In this document: piece after piece, positions 9,655 through 19,539 of the stretch
Layout of the letters: every line of letters starts with the position of its first letter
Position numbering within the stretch: position 1 is the first letter of the stretch
Source: Eubacteriales bacterium
GTDB lineage: Bacteria > Bacillota > Clostridia > Oscillospirales > CAG-272
DNA length: 64,000 bases
Reading direction: 5' to 3'
Assembly (NCBI GenBank): GCA_045580165.1
Contig: JAZNNG010000059.1
Location: 6,941-70,940 of the forward strand
Position numbers and translations under genes: made by a program
Notes under the pieces: generated by a model
What the model was told of the DNA's origin: nothing
Seen by the model: the letters and a program-made list of their open reading frames with translations, nothing else
Database searches by the model: none

Positions 9655-10872
9655 ATGATTTTTAACGGAATTGATTTTGATACTTATTTTAAGAACTACC
9701 CCGATAAGGACGGATTTTTCGGCAAATACGGCGGCTCGTACGTGTCAGACGACCTCAAGCGCGCTATGGAGGAGATAACCGAGGCTTACTTCACTATCTG
9801 CAAGTCAAGCAAGTTTATTAGCGAGCTTCGCAGAATACGCAAGGATTTCCAGGGCAGACCTACTCCTATTTCGCACCTTGAAAGACTTTCAAACAAGCTC
9901 GGTAACGTCCAGCTCTACGTTAAGCGTGAGGACCTCAATCACACGGGCGCACACAAGCTCAATCACTGTATGGGTGAAGCGCTTCTTGCAAAGTTTATGG
10001 GCAAGAAGAAGGTCATCGCCGAGACAGGCGCAGGTCAGCACGGCGTTGCTCTCGCAACCGCTGCCGCTTACTTCGGTCTTGAGTGCGACATTTATATGGG
10101 CTCGGTCGATATAAAGAAGCAGGCACCCAACGTTGCGAGAATGAAGATACTCGGCGCTAACGTTGTCGAGGTAAAGGAAGGCCTTGCGACACTTAAGGAA
10201 GCGGTTGACGCGGCTTTCGCGGCATACTGCAACGAATACAAGGATGCTATCTACTGCATAGGCTCCGTTCTCGGACCGCATCCGTTCCCGATGATGGTAC
10301 GCGATTTTCAGAGCGTTGTGGGTATTGAAGCAAGAGAGCAGTTTATCGGCATGACGGGTGAGCTTCCCGACGCGGTAGTTGCCTGCGTTGGCGGCGGCTC
10401 GAACGCAATGGGTATGTTCTCGGGCTTCCTCAACGACCCCGTTGACATCTACGGTATCGAGCCTCTCGGCAGAGGTCCTAAGCTTGGCGACCACGCGGCA
10501 AGCCTCAAGTACGGCACCGAGGGTATTATGCACGGCTTCAACAGCATTATGCTCAAGGACGAAAACGGCGAGCCTGCTCCCGTTTACTCGGTAGCAAGCG
10601 GTCTTGACTACCCCTCGTCGGGTCCAGAGCACGCATTCTTGCACGACCTCGGCAGAGTTAAGTACGACGTTGTGTCTGACGACGAGACCATCGACGCATT
10701 CTTCACACTTTCAAGACTCGAGGGTATCATCCCCGCAATCGAAAGCTCACACGCAGTCGCATACGGTATGAAGCTTGCAAAGCAGATGGGCAGAGGCTCC
10801 ATTCTTATCTGCCTCTCCGGACGCGGCGACAAGGATATGGACTTCATTCTTGAAAACTACGGAATAAGATAA
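9655..10872 (+). CDS. trpB: tryptophan synthase beta chain (stand-alone TrpB)
   Basis: [22 protein letters not shown], and [14 protein letters not shown] (PLP lysine) motifs, about 405 aa. GGAGG SD before the ATG at 9655. No trpA is adjacent. Confidence 0.9.
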   Translation: MIFNGIDFDTYFKNYPDKDGFFGKYGGSYVSDDLKRAMEEITEAYFTICKSSKFISELRRIRKDFQGRPTPISHLERLSNKLGNVQLYVKREDLNHTGAHKLNHCMGEALLAKFMGKKKVIAETGAGQHGVALATAAAYFGLECDIYMGSVDIKKQAPNVARMKILGANVVEVKEGLATLKEAVDAAFAAYCNEYKDAIYCIGSVLGPHPFPMMVRDFQSVVGIEAREQFIGMTGELPDAVVACVGGGSNAMGMFSGFLNDPVDIYGIEPLGRGPKLGDHAASLKYGTEGIMHGFNSIMLKDENGEPAPVYSVASGLDYPSSGPEHAFLHDLGRVKYDVVSDDETIDAFFTLSRLEGIIPAIESSHAVAYGMKLAKQMGRGSILICLSGRGDKDMDFILENYGIR

Positions 10873-10879
10873 AGCAAAA

Positions 10880-10909
10880 AGGAAAGACCAAATGGTCTTT
10901 CCTCTTTTT
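10880..10909. terminator. rho-independent terminator (usable from both directions)
   Basis: AGGAAAGACC-AAAT-GGTCTTTCCT followed by a T-run and preceded by an A-run. Confidence 0.8.
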
Positions 10910-10991
10910 ATATTCCGCAATGCTTAAAAACAAAATACGCTATTAACGGCAGGCATACGAGCAGAGCCGCCGCTATCACACTTTTCTTCAT
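10908..10991 (-). CDS. possible 27-aa hydrophobic peptide (MKKSVIAAALLVCLPLIAYFVFKHCGI)
   Basis: ATG at 10991 is preceded by a GGAGGTGGAG SD at good spacing. It encodes a single hydrophobic helix. It is below the ORF-track size cut-off and no homology is known. Confidence 0.3.
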   Translation of the reverse strand: MKKSVIAAALLVCLPLIAYFVFKHCGI

Positions 10992-11135
10992 CTCTACTCC
11001 ACCTCCGTCTGTGCTATATTATATCTCATTTGAATATTATTGTCAATACATTTGAATGATTTTATATTATTCAGTCGAATGATATAATATATGTAGATGA
11101 ATATGCCCCTAAAAAGACATTTCAAGTGAGGTAGT

Positions 11136-11441
11136 TTGATGAACACAAACGAAAGAATAGTAGCGCTTATGCGCGAACGCGGTTGGACGGAATACAGACT
11201 CGCAAAGGAATCGGGACTTTCACAGTCCACTATCGCAAATCTATTCCAGCGCAACACAGTTCCGAGCATATCAACTCTCGAGTCCATTTGTGCAGGCTTC
11301 GGGATAACCCTCGCGCAATTCTTCTCAGAGGGATGTTTGGTCGAGCTGACCGATGAGCAGGTCGAATTTTTCGAGAAGTGGAAGTATCTTACTCCAGAGC
11401 AAAAGGAACTGATATTCAAGGTTATTGAAAATATGAAGTAA
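11136..11441 (+). CDS. XRE-family helix-turn-helix transcriptional regulator
   Basis: RIVALMRERGWTEYRLAKESGLSQSTIANLFQRNTVPSISTLESICAGFGITLAQFF is a classic HTH_XRE domain. Confidence 0.85.
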   Translation: MMNTNERIVALMRERGWTEYRLAKESGLSQSTIANLFQRNTVPSISTLESICAGFGITLAQFFSEGCLVELTDEQVEFFEKWKYLTPEQKELIFKVIENMK

Positions 11442-11487
11442 AAAAGACCGCGAACTTTCAAGCTTTTGAACGTTCGCGGTCTTTTTT
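11441..11487. terminator. bidirectional terminator between the XRE gene and uvrA
   Basis: AAAAAGACCGCGAAC...GTTCGCGGTCTTTTTT, flanked by A- and T-runs. Confidence 0.8.
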
Positions 11488-11488
11488 A

Positions 11489-14338
11489 CTATTTCTTTTT
11501 CCTGCGCTTTTTGTCTTTTTCGAGATACTTCTTTATATACTTTCCCGTGTAGGAGCCCTGTATCTCGGCGACCTCCTCGGGCGTTCCCTCGGCTACGAGT
11601 GTTCCGCCGCCGTCGCCGCCCTCGGGTCCGAGGTCGATGATATGGTCGGCACACTTTATAACGTCGAGATTATGCTCTATCACGATAACGCTGTTACCTG
11701 CGTCAACGAGTCTGTCAAGCACCTCGAGGAGCTTCTTGACGTCCGCCATGTGAAGTCCCGTTGTCGGCTCGTCGAGGATATAGACGGTTCTGCCCGTCGA
11801 GCGCTTTGAAAGCTCTGTCGAGAGCTTGACTCTTTGCGCTTCGCCTCCCGAAAGGGTGGTCGAGGACTGTCCTATCTTGATATATCCGAGTCCTACGTCC
11901 TGAAGCGTCTGAAGCTTACGCGCGAGTCGCGGCAGGCTTGAGAAAAACTCAACTCCCTCGTCGACCGTCATATCAAGCACGTCGAAGATGCTCTTGCCCT
12001 TATATTTTACTTCAAGCGTATCGTGATTATAGCGCTTGCCCTTGCAGACGTCGCAGGTTACGAAAACGTCGGGCAAGAAGTGCATTTCAATTTTCTTTAC
12101 TCCATCGCCCTCGCACGCCTCGCAGCGTCCTCCCTTTACGTTGAACGAAAATCTGCCTGCCGAATAGCCGCGCATTTTTGCGTCGGGTGTATGCGCGAAC
12201 AGGTCGCGTATGTCGGCAAAAAGTCCCGTATAGGTTGCAGGGTTTGAGCGCGGCGTTCTGCCTATCGGGCTCTGGTCGATGGCTATGACCTTATCGAGAT
12301 GCTCAACTCCCTCTATCCTGTCATGCTTGCCGGGGAAGGTTATTGCGCGGTTAAGCTCACGCGCGAGCTTACTTAACAGTATGGAATTTATAAGCGAGGA
12401 TTTTCCCGAGCCCGACACGCCCGTCACGCAGACGAACTTGCCAAGCGGAATTTTTACGTCAATATTTTTAAGGTTATTCTGTCTTGCGCCCACTATTTTA
12501 AGGTGCTTTCCGTTACCCTTACGTCTTTTGTCGGGTACGGGAATAAATTCAGCACCCGACAGGAATCTTCCCGTCACCGAGGCGGGATTTTTTCTTATCT
12601 CGTCGGGTGTTCCGACTGCCACGACCTCACCGCCGTGTATTCCCGCGGCAGGTCCGATGTCAACGATGTAGTCCGACTTCTCGATGGTCTCCTCGTCGTG
12701 TTCGACTACTATAAGACTGTTTCCGAGGTCGCGCAGACGCTTGAGGGTAGCGATAAGCTTACCGTTGTCGCGCTGGTGCAGACCGATACTGGGCTCGTCG
12801 AGAATATAGAGCACTCCCATAAGCGCCGAGCCTATCTGTGTTGCGAGTCTTATTCTCTGCGCCTCGCCGCCCGAGAGAGTTCCCGCCTTTCTCGAGAGAT
12901 TGAGGTATTCAAGTCCCACGCTTTTTAAGAAGCCGAGTCTTGACTTTATTTCCTTTATAATTTCACTTGCTATCTGAAGCTCGGTGGGTGTAAACTCAAG
13001 CTTTTCAACAAAGTCGAGCGCGTTTGAGACCGAGTTCAAGCAAAATTCGTGTATGTTGAGTCCACCGACGGTTACCGAGAGAGAGTAATCGTTTAAGCGT
13101 CTGCCCTTACATTTCGGGCACTCTACGAAGTCGATGAACTCCTCGTAATACTCCTGCTTGAACATAGTGTAGCGCTGTTCCATTACATTGATAACACCGT
13201 CCCACTTGACTTCCTTGCTATGCTCAACTCCGTCGTAGTATCTAACGCAGAAGAACTTTTCCGCGCCCGTACCGTAGAGGAGCTTATCAAGCGCATCGGG
13301 CGAGTAATCCTTTATCGGAGTGTCGAGGCTAAAGCCGTACTTTTTACCGACAACTGCAATGAGAGGTCCCATCCACGAGTCCTCGTCAAGCGATTTGAAG
13401 CCGTTGACCTGAATCGCGCCCTCTCTTATGGAAAGCGCCCTGTCGGGGATTATTCTCTCCGCCGAGAACACGCGCGTTTCACCGAGACCCGCGCAGTCGG
13501 GGCAGGCTCCTGCAGGATTATTGAACGAGAACATACGGGGGGACAGCTCACCGAGGCTTATTCCGTGCTCGGGGCAGGCGTAGCTCTGTGAGAACGAAAG
13601 CTCCTCGACCTCCTCGCCGTCGCGGTCTATTACCGAGATCAGCACGTTACCGTCTGCAAGCGCGAGCGCCGACTCGACCGAATCGGCAAGACGGCTTCTC
13701 ATATCCTCGCGCATCACAAGGCGGTCCACGACCACCTCGATATTATGCTTTTTGTTTTTATCAAGCTTTATTTCTTCCTCAAGCTCGTACATATTCGAGT
13801 CAACGCGGACTCTGACGTAGCCCTTTTTCTTGGCGTCGGCAAGCACCTTTTCGTGTCTGCCCTTCTCCGCCTTGACAACGGGGGCAAGCACGAGGAAACG
13901 GCTTCCCTCGTCTATCTTCAGTATGCGCTCGATTATCTCATCCGTCGTCTGCATTTTTATCTCTCTGCCGCACACGGGACAGTGAGGCACGCCGACTCTC
14001 GCGTAAAGGAGGCGGAGGTAATCGTATATCTCGGTTACCGTTCCGACGGTTGAGCGAGGGTTCTTCGACGTAGTTTTCTGGTCTATCGAAATAGCGGGAG
14101 AAAGTCCCTCGACAGAGTCAAGGTCGGGCTTATCAAGCTGACCTATGAACATTCTCGCGTACGAGGAGAGCGACTCCACGAAGCGTCTGTGTCCCTCGGC
14201 GTATATGGTATCAAAGGCAAGCGACGACTTACCCGAGCCCGACATTCCCGAGAACACGACAAGCTTGTCGCGCGGTATGGTCAGGTCTATATTTTTCAGA
14301 TTGTTTACTCTTACACCCTTAAGGGACAGCTCTGCCAT
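11489..14338 (-). CDS. uvrA: excinuclease ABC subunit A
   Basis: About 950 aa with two ABC ATPase modules ([18 protein letters not shown], two LSGGEAQR signatures) and zinc-finger CxxC pairs. The start is chosen at MAELSLKG (14338); the ORF track extends to 14371 inside uvrB. Confidence 0.95.
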   Translation of the reverse strand: MAELSLKGVRVNNLKNIDLTIPRDKLVVFSGMSGSGKSSLAFDTIYAEGHRRFVESLSSYARMFIGQLDKPDLDSVEGLSPAISIDQKTTSKNPRSTVGTVTEIYDYLRLLYARVGVPHCPVCGREIKMQTTDEIIERILKIDEGSRFLVLAPVVKAEKGRHEKVLADAKKKGYVRVRVDSNMYELEEEIKLDKNKKHNIEVVVDRLVMREDMRSRLADSVESALALADGNVLISVIDRDGEEVEELSFSQSYACPEHGISLGELSPRMFSFNNPAGACPDCAGLGETRVFSAERIIPDRALSIREGAIQVNGFKSLDEDSWMGPLIAVVGKKYGFSLDTPIKDYSPDALDKLLYGTGAEKFFCVRYYDGVEHSKEVKWDGVINVMEQRYTMFKQEYYEEFIDFVECPKCKGRRLNDYSLSVTVGGLNIHEFCLNSVSNALDFVEKLEFTPTELQIASEIIKEIKSRLGFLKSVGLEYLNLSRKAGTLSGGEAQRIRLATQIGSALMGVLYILDEPSIGLHQRDNGKLIATLKRLRDLGNSLIVVEHDEETIEKSDYIVDIGPAAGIHGGEVVAVGTPDEIRKNPASVTGRFLSGAEFIPVPDKRRKGNGKHLKIVGARQNNLKNIDVKIPLGKFVCVTGVSGSGKSSLINSILLSKLARELNRAITFPGKHDRIEGVEHLDKVIAIDQSPIGRTPRSNPATYTGLFADIRDLFAHTPDAKMRGYSAGRFSFNVKGGRCEACEGDGVKKIEMHFLPDVFVTCDVCKGKRYNHDTLEVKYKGKSIFDVLDMTVDEGVEFFSSLPRLARKLQTLQDVGLGYIKIGQSSTTLSGGEAQRVKLSTELSKRSTGRTVYILDEPTTGLHMADVKKLLEVLDRLVDAGNSVIVIEHNLDVIKCADHIIDLGPEGGDGGGTLVAEGTPEEVAEIQGSYTGKYIKKYLEKDKKRRKKK

Positions 14339-14351
14339 TGTTTTCTCTCTT

Positions 14352-16361
14352 TCACTGCTTTTTAAGCTCAACTATTTTGTCTCTTAAAATTGCGGCACGC
14401 TCAAAGTCAAGCGACTTTGCCGCGAGCTTCATTTCGCCCTCAAGCGCCGCGATAAGCTTTTCGCGCTCGGACTTACTCATCTTCTTGCCTGCTGACTTTG
14501 CCGCGCGAAGCTTGTCCTCGGGCGAGCTTTCAGCTTCGCTTATGCCGATCTCGATGATCTCACGAACGCTTTTCTTTATGGTCTGAGGAGTAATACCGTT
14601 CTCCTCGTTGTATTTCATTTGTATCTTTCGGCGGCGGTTAGTCTCGTCTATTGCCGCCTGCATTGAACGGGTCACCGTATCCGCGTACATTATGACCTTG
14701 CCCTCGGCGTTTCGCGCCGCGCGTCCTATCGTCTGGATAAGCGAGGTCTCGCTTCTGAGGAAGCCCTCTTTATCAGCGTCAATTATCGCAACAAGCGACA
14801 CCTCGGGAATGTCAAGTCCCTCTCTGAGAAGGTTGATTCCGACTAAAACGTCGAATTTTCCGAGCCTGAGGTCGCGTATTATCTCCATTCTCTCGATGGT
14901 ATCTACGTTGTGGTGGATATACTTTACCTTTATCTGATTGTCCTCTAAATATTCGGTGAGGTCCTCTGCCATTTTCTTGGTGAGGGTGGTGACGAGGACT
15001 CTCTCGCCGCGCTCCTCGCGCGCGTGGATCTCGCCGATGAGATCGTCTATCTGTCCCTTGACGGGGCGCACCTCGATCTCGGGGTCTACAAGTCCCGTAG
15101 GTCTTATTATCTGCTCGGCTATCTGCTCCGAGCGCTCTTTTTCATACTCCTGCGGTGTCGCGCTGACGTATATCGCCTGACCTATTTTCGACGTGAACTC
15201 ATCAAAGAACAGGGGGCGGTTATCGTATGCCGAGGGGAGTCTGAAGCCGTATTCAACGAGGTTTTGCTTTCTCGCGCGGTCACCTGCACTCATTCCGCGC
15301 ACCTGCGGAAGCGTTACGTGCGACTCGTCCACAAAAAGTAAAAAATCCTTCGGGAAATAGTCGAGAAGCGTGTACGGAGTCGAGCCCGGCTCGCGTCCCG
15401 ACATTACTCTCGAATAGTTTTCGACTCCCGAACAGAAGCCTATCTCGCGGAGCATTTCTATATCGTATTTAGTGCGTTCTTCTATTCTCTGCGCCTCGAT
15501 AAATTTGCCGTTTTTCTTGAAGAAGTCCACGCGCTCCTCAAGCTCTGCCTCGATCTCACGGATAGCCGACTCGCGTCTTTCGTCGGTAACTGCGTAGTGA
15601 GTTGCGGGAAAAAGCATAGTATACGACATATTGCGGAGAACCTCTCCCGTTAAAACGTTTATTTCGCTTATTCTCTCTATCTCATCGCCGAAGAACTCGA
15701 CTCTTACAGCCTTTTCCGAGCTTGACGCAGGGAAAACCTCCACAACGTCGCCGCGAACGCGGAACTTGTCTCTGACAAAGTTTAAGTCGTTTCTCTCATA
15801 GCTCATTGAGATAAGCTTGCGAATAAAATCGTTTCGCTCGAGTATCATTCTGGGTCTTACCGAGAGCACCATTTCGCCGTACTGCGCGGGGTCACCGAGC
15901 GAATATATGCAGGAAACGCTCGACACTATAATAACGTCGCGGCGCTCAAACAGAGAGCTTGTGGCGCTGTGACGAAGCTTGTCTATCTCATCGTTTACCG
16001 AGCTATCCTTTTCTATATACATATCCTTGCCCGGAACGTAAGCCTCGGGCTGATAGTAATCGTAGTAGGAAACGAAGAACTCTACCGCGTTCTCGGGAAA
16101 AAATTCGCGGAACTCCGAGCAAAGCTGCGCGGCGAGAGTCTTGTTGTGGGCAAGAACGAGGGTGGGGCGGTTGACGTTCGCGATGATGTTCGCCATAGTA
16201 AAGGTCTTACCCGAGCCGGTTACACCGAGCAGGGTCTGATCCTTATAGCCGTTGTTTATGCCGTAGGTAAGCTTAGCTATCGCCTCAGGCTGATCTCCCG
16301 TCGGCTTGTAGCTTGACACAAGCTTAAAGCTATCCACTCCGATTCCTCCTCTCATCGACAT
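14352..16361 (-). CDS. uvrB: excinuclease ABC subunit B
   Basis: [18 protein letters not shown]-terminus, GVTGSGKT Walker A, helicase motifs, and a C-terminal UVR domain. The true start may be the GTG at 16337, which follows a GAGGAGGA SD. Confidence 0.95.
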   Translation of the reverse strand: MSMRGGIGVDSFKLVSSYKPTGDQPEAIAKLTYGINNGYKDQTLLGVTGSGKTFTMANIIANVNRPTLVLAHNKTLAAQLCSEFREFFPENAVEFFVSYYDYYQPEAYVPGKDMYIEKDSSVNDEIDKLRHSATSSLFERRDVIIVSSVSCIYSLGDPAQYGEMVLSVRPRMILERNDFIRKLISMSYERNDLNFVRDKFRVRGDVVEVFPASSSEKAVRVEFFGDEIERISEINVLTGEVLRNMSYTMLFPATHYAVTDERRESAIREIEAELEERVDFFKKNGKFIEAQRIEERTKYDIEMLREIGFCSGVENYSRVMSGREPGSTPYTLLDYFPKDFLLFVDESHVTLPQVRGMSAGDRARKQNLVEYGFRLPSAYDNRPLFFDEFTSKIGQAIYVSATPQEYEKERSEQIAEQIIRPTGLVDPEIEVRPVKGQIDDLIGEIHAREERGERVLVTTLTKKMAEDLTEYLEDNQIKVKYIHHNVDTIERMEIIRDLRLGKFDVLVGINLLREGLDIPEVSLVAIIDADKEGFLRSETSLIQTIGRAARNAEGKVIMYADTVTRSMQAAIDETNRRRKIQMKYNEENGITPQTIKKSVREIIEIGISEAESSPEDKLRAAKSAGKKMSKSEREKLIAALEGEMKLAAKSLDFERAAILRDKIVELKKQ

Positions 16362-16418
16362 ATATATTCATTATATTTATACCACAAAATTATTAAAAAA
16401 TAAAGAGCTTACAAAAAT

Positions 16419-16530
16419 TTATCTCACAAAAAACGCCGAGCGCTTGGCGCCGATCATTCGCCGTCTGAGTGTCCAGAGCTTTTCCGAGAGGTCGACGTAG
16501 AAGTCCTCAAGTCAGTCGTCACAGGTGCAA
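16419..16530 (-). pseudogene. displaced 3' fragment of pncB
   Basis: 16419-16466 is identical to 17687-17734, and similarity continues to about 16500. It translates to FYVDLSEKLWTLRRRMIGAKRSAFFVR*, with an in-frame TGA at 16512-16514 upstream. Confidence 0.85.
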
Positions 16531-16607
16531 CACAAAGCCGTTAAAATGTAAACACCAAGGTGCATGCAAAAATTGCACACATCTTGGTGTTATAAGAAAA
16601 ATTACAT

Positions 16608-17006
16608 TTACGCTAAGAACACATGGTACCAATAAGACCAGACATAATTATCTGCCGACCCGGCACCTGACCAAAGAATACTTTCATTCACAGCAGTATG
16701 ATTCCACCCATTAGGCATTTTACTGAGAATTATCTCGCCACCTACTTTGTACTCACTATCCGTATCCTTACCATATGTGTTTACATAATAAATTTTTATC
16801 GTTGACTCTGAATATGATGTTATCCTATACCAGTCAAATTCAGGGAGCGGTTCTTCAGATTCGAGAAGTTGCAAGTTTTTTATCTCCTCTTTATGAAGTG
16901 CCGTAAGTACAGCGTTTTTCGCCAATGCACCGCACCATATTAAAACAGGAATTGCTATGATCAACGCTATTGCACATACAATGATTCTTTTTGTGATTTT
17001 TTTCAT
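16608..17006 (-). CDS. hypothetical membrane-anchored protein (cassette cargo)
   Basis: 132 aa with an N-terminal TM (IIVCAIALIIAIPVLIW). GGGAGGA SD. AT-rich codon usage relative to its neighbours. A hairpin terminator lies downstream (16547-16587). Confidence 0.7.
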   Translation of the reverse strand: MKKITKRIIVCAIALIIAIPVLIWCGALAKNAVLTALHKEEIKNLQLLESEEPLPEFDWYRITSYSESTIKIYYVNTYGKDTDSEYKVGGEIILSKMPNGWNHTAVNESILWSGAGSADNYVWSYWYHVFLA

Positions 17007-17038
17007 TAACGGATCCTCCCTTCTGTCTGATTCAAATC

Positions 17039-17431
17039 CTATTTATTTTTTCGTAAAAAACACACAATTTTCGTTAATAATCCAATAAGCAACGAGAATT
17101 CAACAAATCTAAAACCGTCTACAAAACAGAGCAACAAATTACTCAAAAAAAGAGTCTCGGAAATTCCTTCAGCTATAAAACTCCATCCAACAAAAAGCAA
17201 TACTAATAAAAACAGCAACAAGCAATTGGGGATAATCAACTTTTTGGTTGCAATATATGAATAATACCCATAAAAAATCATATACAAAAACAATGCAGGA
17301 ACAAAAGACAATGCAAATGGGCCTCCGTATATTCGCGCATCCCGAAATTGTCGTTCCCAATTGAATCCTATTAAATATACAAGATCAAAAATCAGCGTAA
17401 AAACAAACAGTTTGATGTACTGTTTTCTCAT
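17039..17431 (-). CDS. hypothetical polytopic membrane protein (cassette cargo)
   Basis: 130 aa with about 4 hydrophobic helices. AAGGA SD. AT-rich. Confidence 0.65.
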   Translation of the reverse strand: MRKQYIKLFVFTLIFDLVYLIGFNWERQFRDARIYGGPFALSFVPALFLYMIFYGYYSYIATKKLIIPNCLLLFLLVLLFVGWSFIAEGISETLFLSNLLLCFVDGFRFVEFSLLIGLLTKIVCFLRKNK

Positions 17432-17527
17432 AATATGATATTATCCTTACAAGTAGTCTATAATGTTGTTAATCACACATTCTATATTAGGAATTTTTCT
17501 ATGCAACCTACTTATTTATCTAGTTTG

Positions 17528-17598
17528 AGTATACCAAAACCTGAGAGTAAAAGCAACAGTTTAGTCCTATTCGTTGCAAATTTCGCCATATTCGTTGA
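17528..17598 (-). promoter_or_regulatory. promoter with two phased direct repeats (ACGAATAKG x2, 21-bp period) abutting the -35
   Basis: Read on the minus strand: TCAACGAATATG-N9-GCAACGAATAGG-N9-TTGCTT-N17(TGG)-TATACT. The ABC exporter promoter at 35292-35362 has the same layout. Confidence 0.6.
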
Positions 17599-17640
17599 GA
17601 TTTAACAAATATCTCAGAATAAAAACAGAATACAAAAGAT

Positions 17641-17665
17641 AAAGCGGACAAATTCTGTCCGCTTT
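17641..17665. terminator. terminator downstream of pncB
   Basis: AAAGCGGACA-AATTC-TGTCCGCTTT, flanked by A/T runs. Confidence 0.75.
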
Positions 17666-17686
17666 AAAAATATATTTTTGAGTTTC

Positions 17687-19141
17687 TTATCTCACAAAAA
17701 ACGCCGAGCGCTTGGCGCCGATCATTCGCCGTCTTAAAGTCCATAGCTTTTCCGAGAGGTCGACGTAGTAGTTATCACGCGCGTCGAGGCGGCGCACGTC
17801 GGTGCAGAGCGTGTCAAGCTCGCGGGCGCAGAAGCTTCTGATATCACAAAGCTCTCTCGCAGGCGCTACCCTCTCGCCGTTTTCGATTACGGTTTCAAGC
17901 ATTTCTCTGACATCGAAATTAACAAGCTCCTTTGTTTTCCAGGTTGCCGTCGGGTCAAAGACGGTGTGACGCGAGGTCGGCACTCTTTCGTCAGAAAGGC
18001 ATATCTCGTCGGCTATCGCCTTGCCACTTCTCATATCATAAAAGCGCAAAAGCTTCTTTACCCCCGGCAACGTCGTCTGCCTTGAGCTCTCACCAAGCTT
18101 GATGACGGGCTTCATTACTCCCTCGTCCTCTATTGACGCGAGGCTATAAGCCGCGTCAAGATTTGACGCGGCGGACACGAGAGTATCTCCCGCGCCGAAG
18201 CAGTCAATGGGTGCGCCGTCACGCAGGAGTGAGCGTATTTTATATTCATCGAGTCCGCCCGTTGCCATTATTTTACAGCTTTCAAGTCCTGCGCGGTCAA
18301 GCTTCTCTCTTACTCTCGACGAGAGGTACGCCATATCCCCCGAGTCTATTCTCACGTTTGCGTCAGAGCTTTTACCTTTACGCGACTCAATTATGGCGCG
18401 AATGGCGTTGTCCGCGCCGCTTGATACGGTATCGTAGGTGTCGAGGGTCAGCACGGTGGGGCATCGGCTATCCTCTATCCACCGTTCAAATGCCTCGTAT
18501 TCACTCCCGAAGCTCTGCACGAAGCTATGCGGCATTACCGATGCAAGCGGTATGCCGAAGCGTCTGCAGGCGCAGGTGCAGGTCGTAGCGCAGGCTCCGC
18601 CTATATACGCCCCTCTCGCACCGTATACCGCCGCGTCTGCGTTATGCGCGTATCTCGCACCCATATCAACGATCGGCAGTCCCCGCGCGGCGCTCACCGC
18701 CCTGCTCGCTCTTGTAGCTGCAAGCGACTGTCGGCTCACTATCTGCAAAAGTGCCGTTTCAATGAGTGTCGCCTCGCCGAGCGTGGCGCGCACGGTAAGT
18801 ATCGGTTCGCCCGCAAAAACCACGCTGCCCTCCGCCACCGACCTGACCGTTCCTCTGAAACGAAAGCTTTTCAAGTAGTTAAGAAACCGTCCGTCAAGCT
18901 CACCCGTACTCCTTAAAAAGTCTATGTCTTCGTCGCTAAAGCTCAGATTTTCAAGATACTCGCACACCTGTTCAAGTCCTGCGAACACTGCATACCCCGC
19001 ACCGTCGGGAAGCCTTTTGAAAGTGAGGTCAAGCTCTGCCGTTTTCGTGTGAACACCCTCGTTTATATAGGAATTCACCGCCTTCAATTCATAAAAATCT
19101 CCAATCGGAGCCATACTTGCCTTATCCATTACCCGTATCAC
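17687..19141 (-). CDS. pncB: nicotinate phosphoribosyltransferase
   Basis: 484 aa. The FYELKAVNSYINEG...AVFAGLEQVCEYLENLSFSDEDIDFL N-terminal pattern and overall NAPRTase layout are present. Confidence 0.88.
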   Translation of the reverse strand: MIRVMDKASMAPIGDFYELKAVNSYINEGVHTKTAELDLTFKRLPDGAGYAVFAGLEQVCEYLENLSFSDEDIDFLRSTGELDGRFLNYLKSFRFRGTVRSVAEGSVVFAGEPILTVRATLGEATLIETALLQIVSRQSLAATRASRAVSAARGLPIVDMGARYAHNADAAVYGARGAYIGGACATTCTCACRRFGIPLASVMPHSFVQSFGSEYEAFERWIEDSRCPTVLTLDTYDTVSSGADNAIRAIIESRKGKSSDANVRIDSGDMAYLSSRVREKLDRAGLESCKIMATGGLDEYKIRSLLRDGAPIDCFGAGDTLVSAASNLDAAYSLASIEDEGVMKPVIKLGESSRQTTLPGVKKLLRFYDMRSGKAIADEICLSDERVPTSRHTVFDPTATWKTKELVNFDVREMLETVIENGERVAPARELCDIRSFCARELDTLCTDVRRLDARDNYYVDLSEKLWTLRRRMIGAKRSAFFVR

Positions 19142-19206
19142 GCTTTCCTTCCATAAATATATAGATTAGTATTCTTCGCCATTCTCGGTTGCATACGGAC
19201 ACAAAA

Positions 19207-19254
19207 ACACAAGATATTGGGTTTGTTTATCACAAAAATCACAAGTTATCCCTT
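19207..19254. promoter_or_regulatory. distal, degenerate pair of NrdR-box-like sites (32-bp spacing)
   Basis: ACACAAGATATTGGGT (19207-19222) and TCACAAGTTATCCCTT (19239-19254). The 5' halves match the proximal boxes and the 3' halves are weaker. Confidence 0.4.
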
Positions 19255-19420
19255 ATTTTGGGAAACGTGAAGTTTGACAAAAAGGCTCGCTTTTTGCCAA
19301 AATACACAAAAACCGCGCTTTGAGAAAAGCCGATTTCCTTGATAAATCAAGTTTTTTAAAAAGTAGATTTTGCTCTCTTTCGGCATTTGTAACAAAAAAT
19401 ATTAATTAGTGCAAAATGCG

Positions 19421-19476
19421 TTGACAAAACACAAGATATGGTGTAAAATAATATTCGCCAGCACAAGATAGCGTGT
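19421..19476 (+). promoter_or_regulatory. nrdGD promoter overlapped by tandem NrdR boxes
   Basis: TTGACA (19421-19426), 17-nt spacer, TAAAAT (19444-19449). The NrdR boxes are ACACAAGATATGGTGT (19429-19444) and GCACAAGATAGCGTGT (19461-19476), starts 32 bp apart. Both match the acaCwAtATaTwGtgt consensus. Confidence 0.8.
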
Positions 19477-19539
19477 TTGCTCATCCCAAAAAACGAACTC
19501 AGTGAACGGAGGCGATTGTTTCTGAAAATAGGCGGTTTA

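Noticed and set aside
8679-10644. Long minus-strand ORFs 8679..9275 (198 aa) and 9889..10644 (251 aa)
   Set aside because: They are antisense to the aminotransferase, the T-box leader and trpB. They carry no motifs or SD, while the sense-strand genes have clear family signatures.
10994-11461. 155-aa minus-strand ORF
   Set aside because: It is antisense to the XRE regulator gene and spans the AT-rich promoter region. It has no SD.
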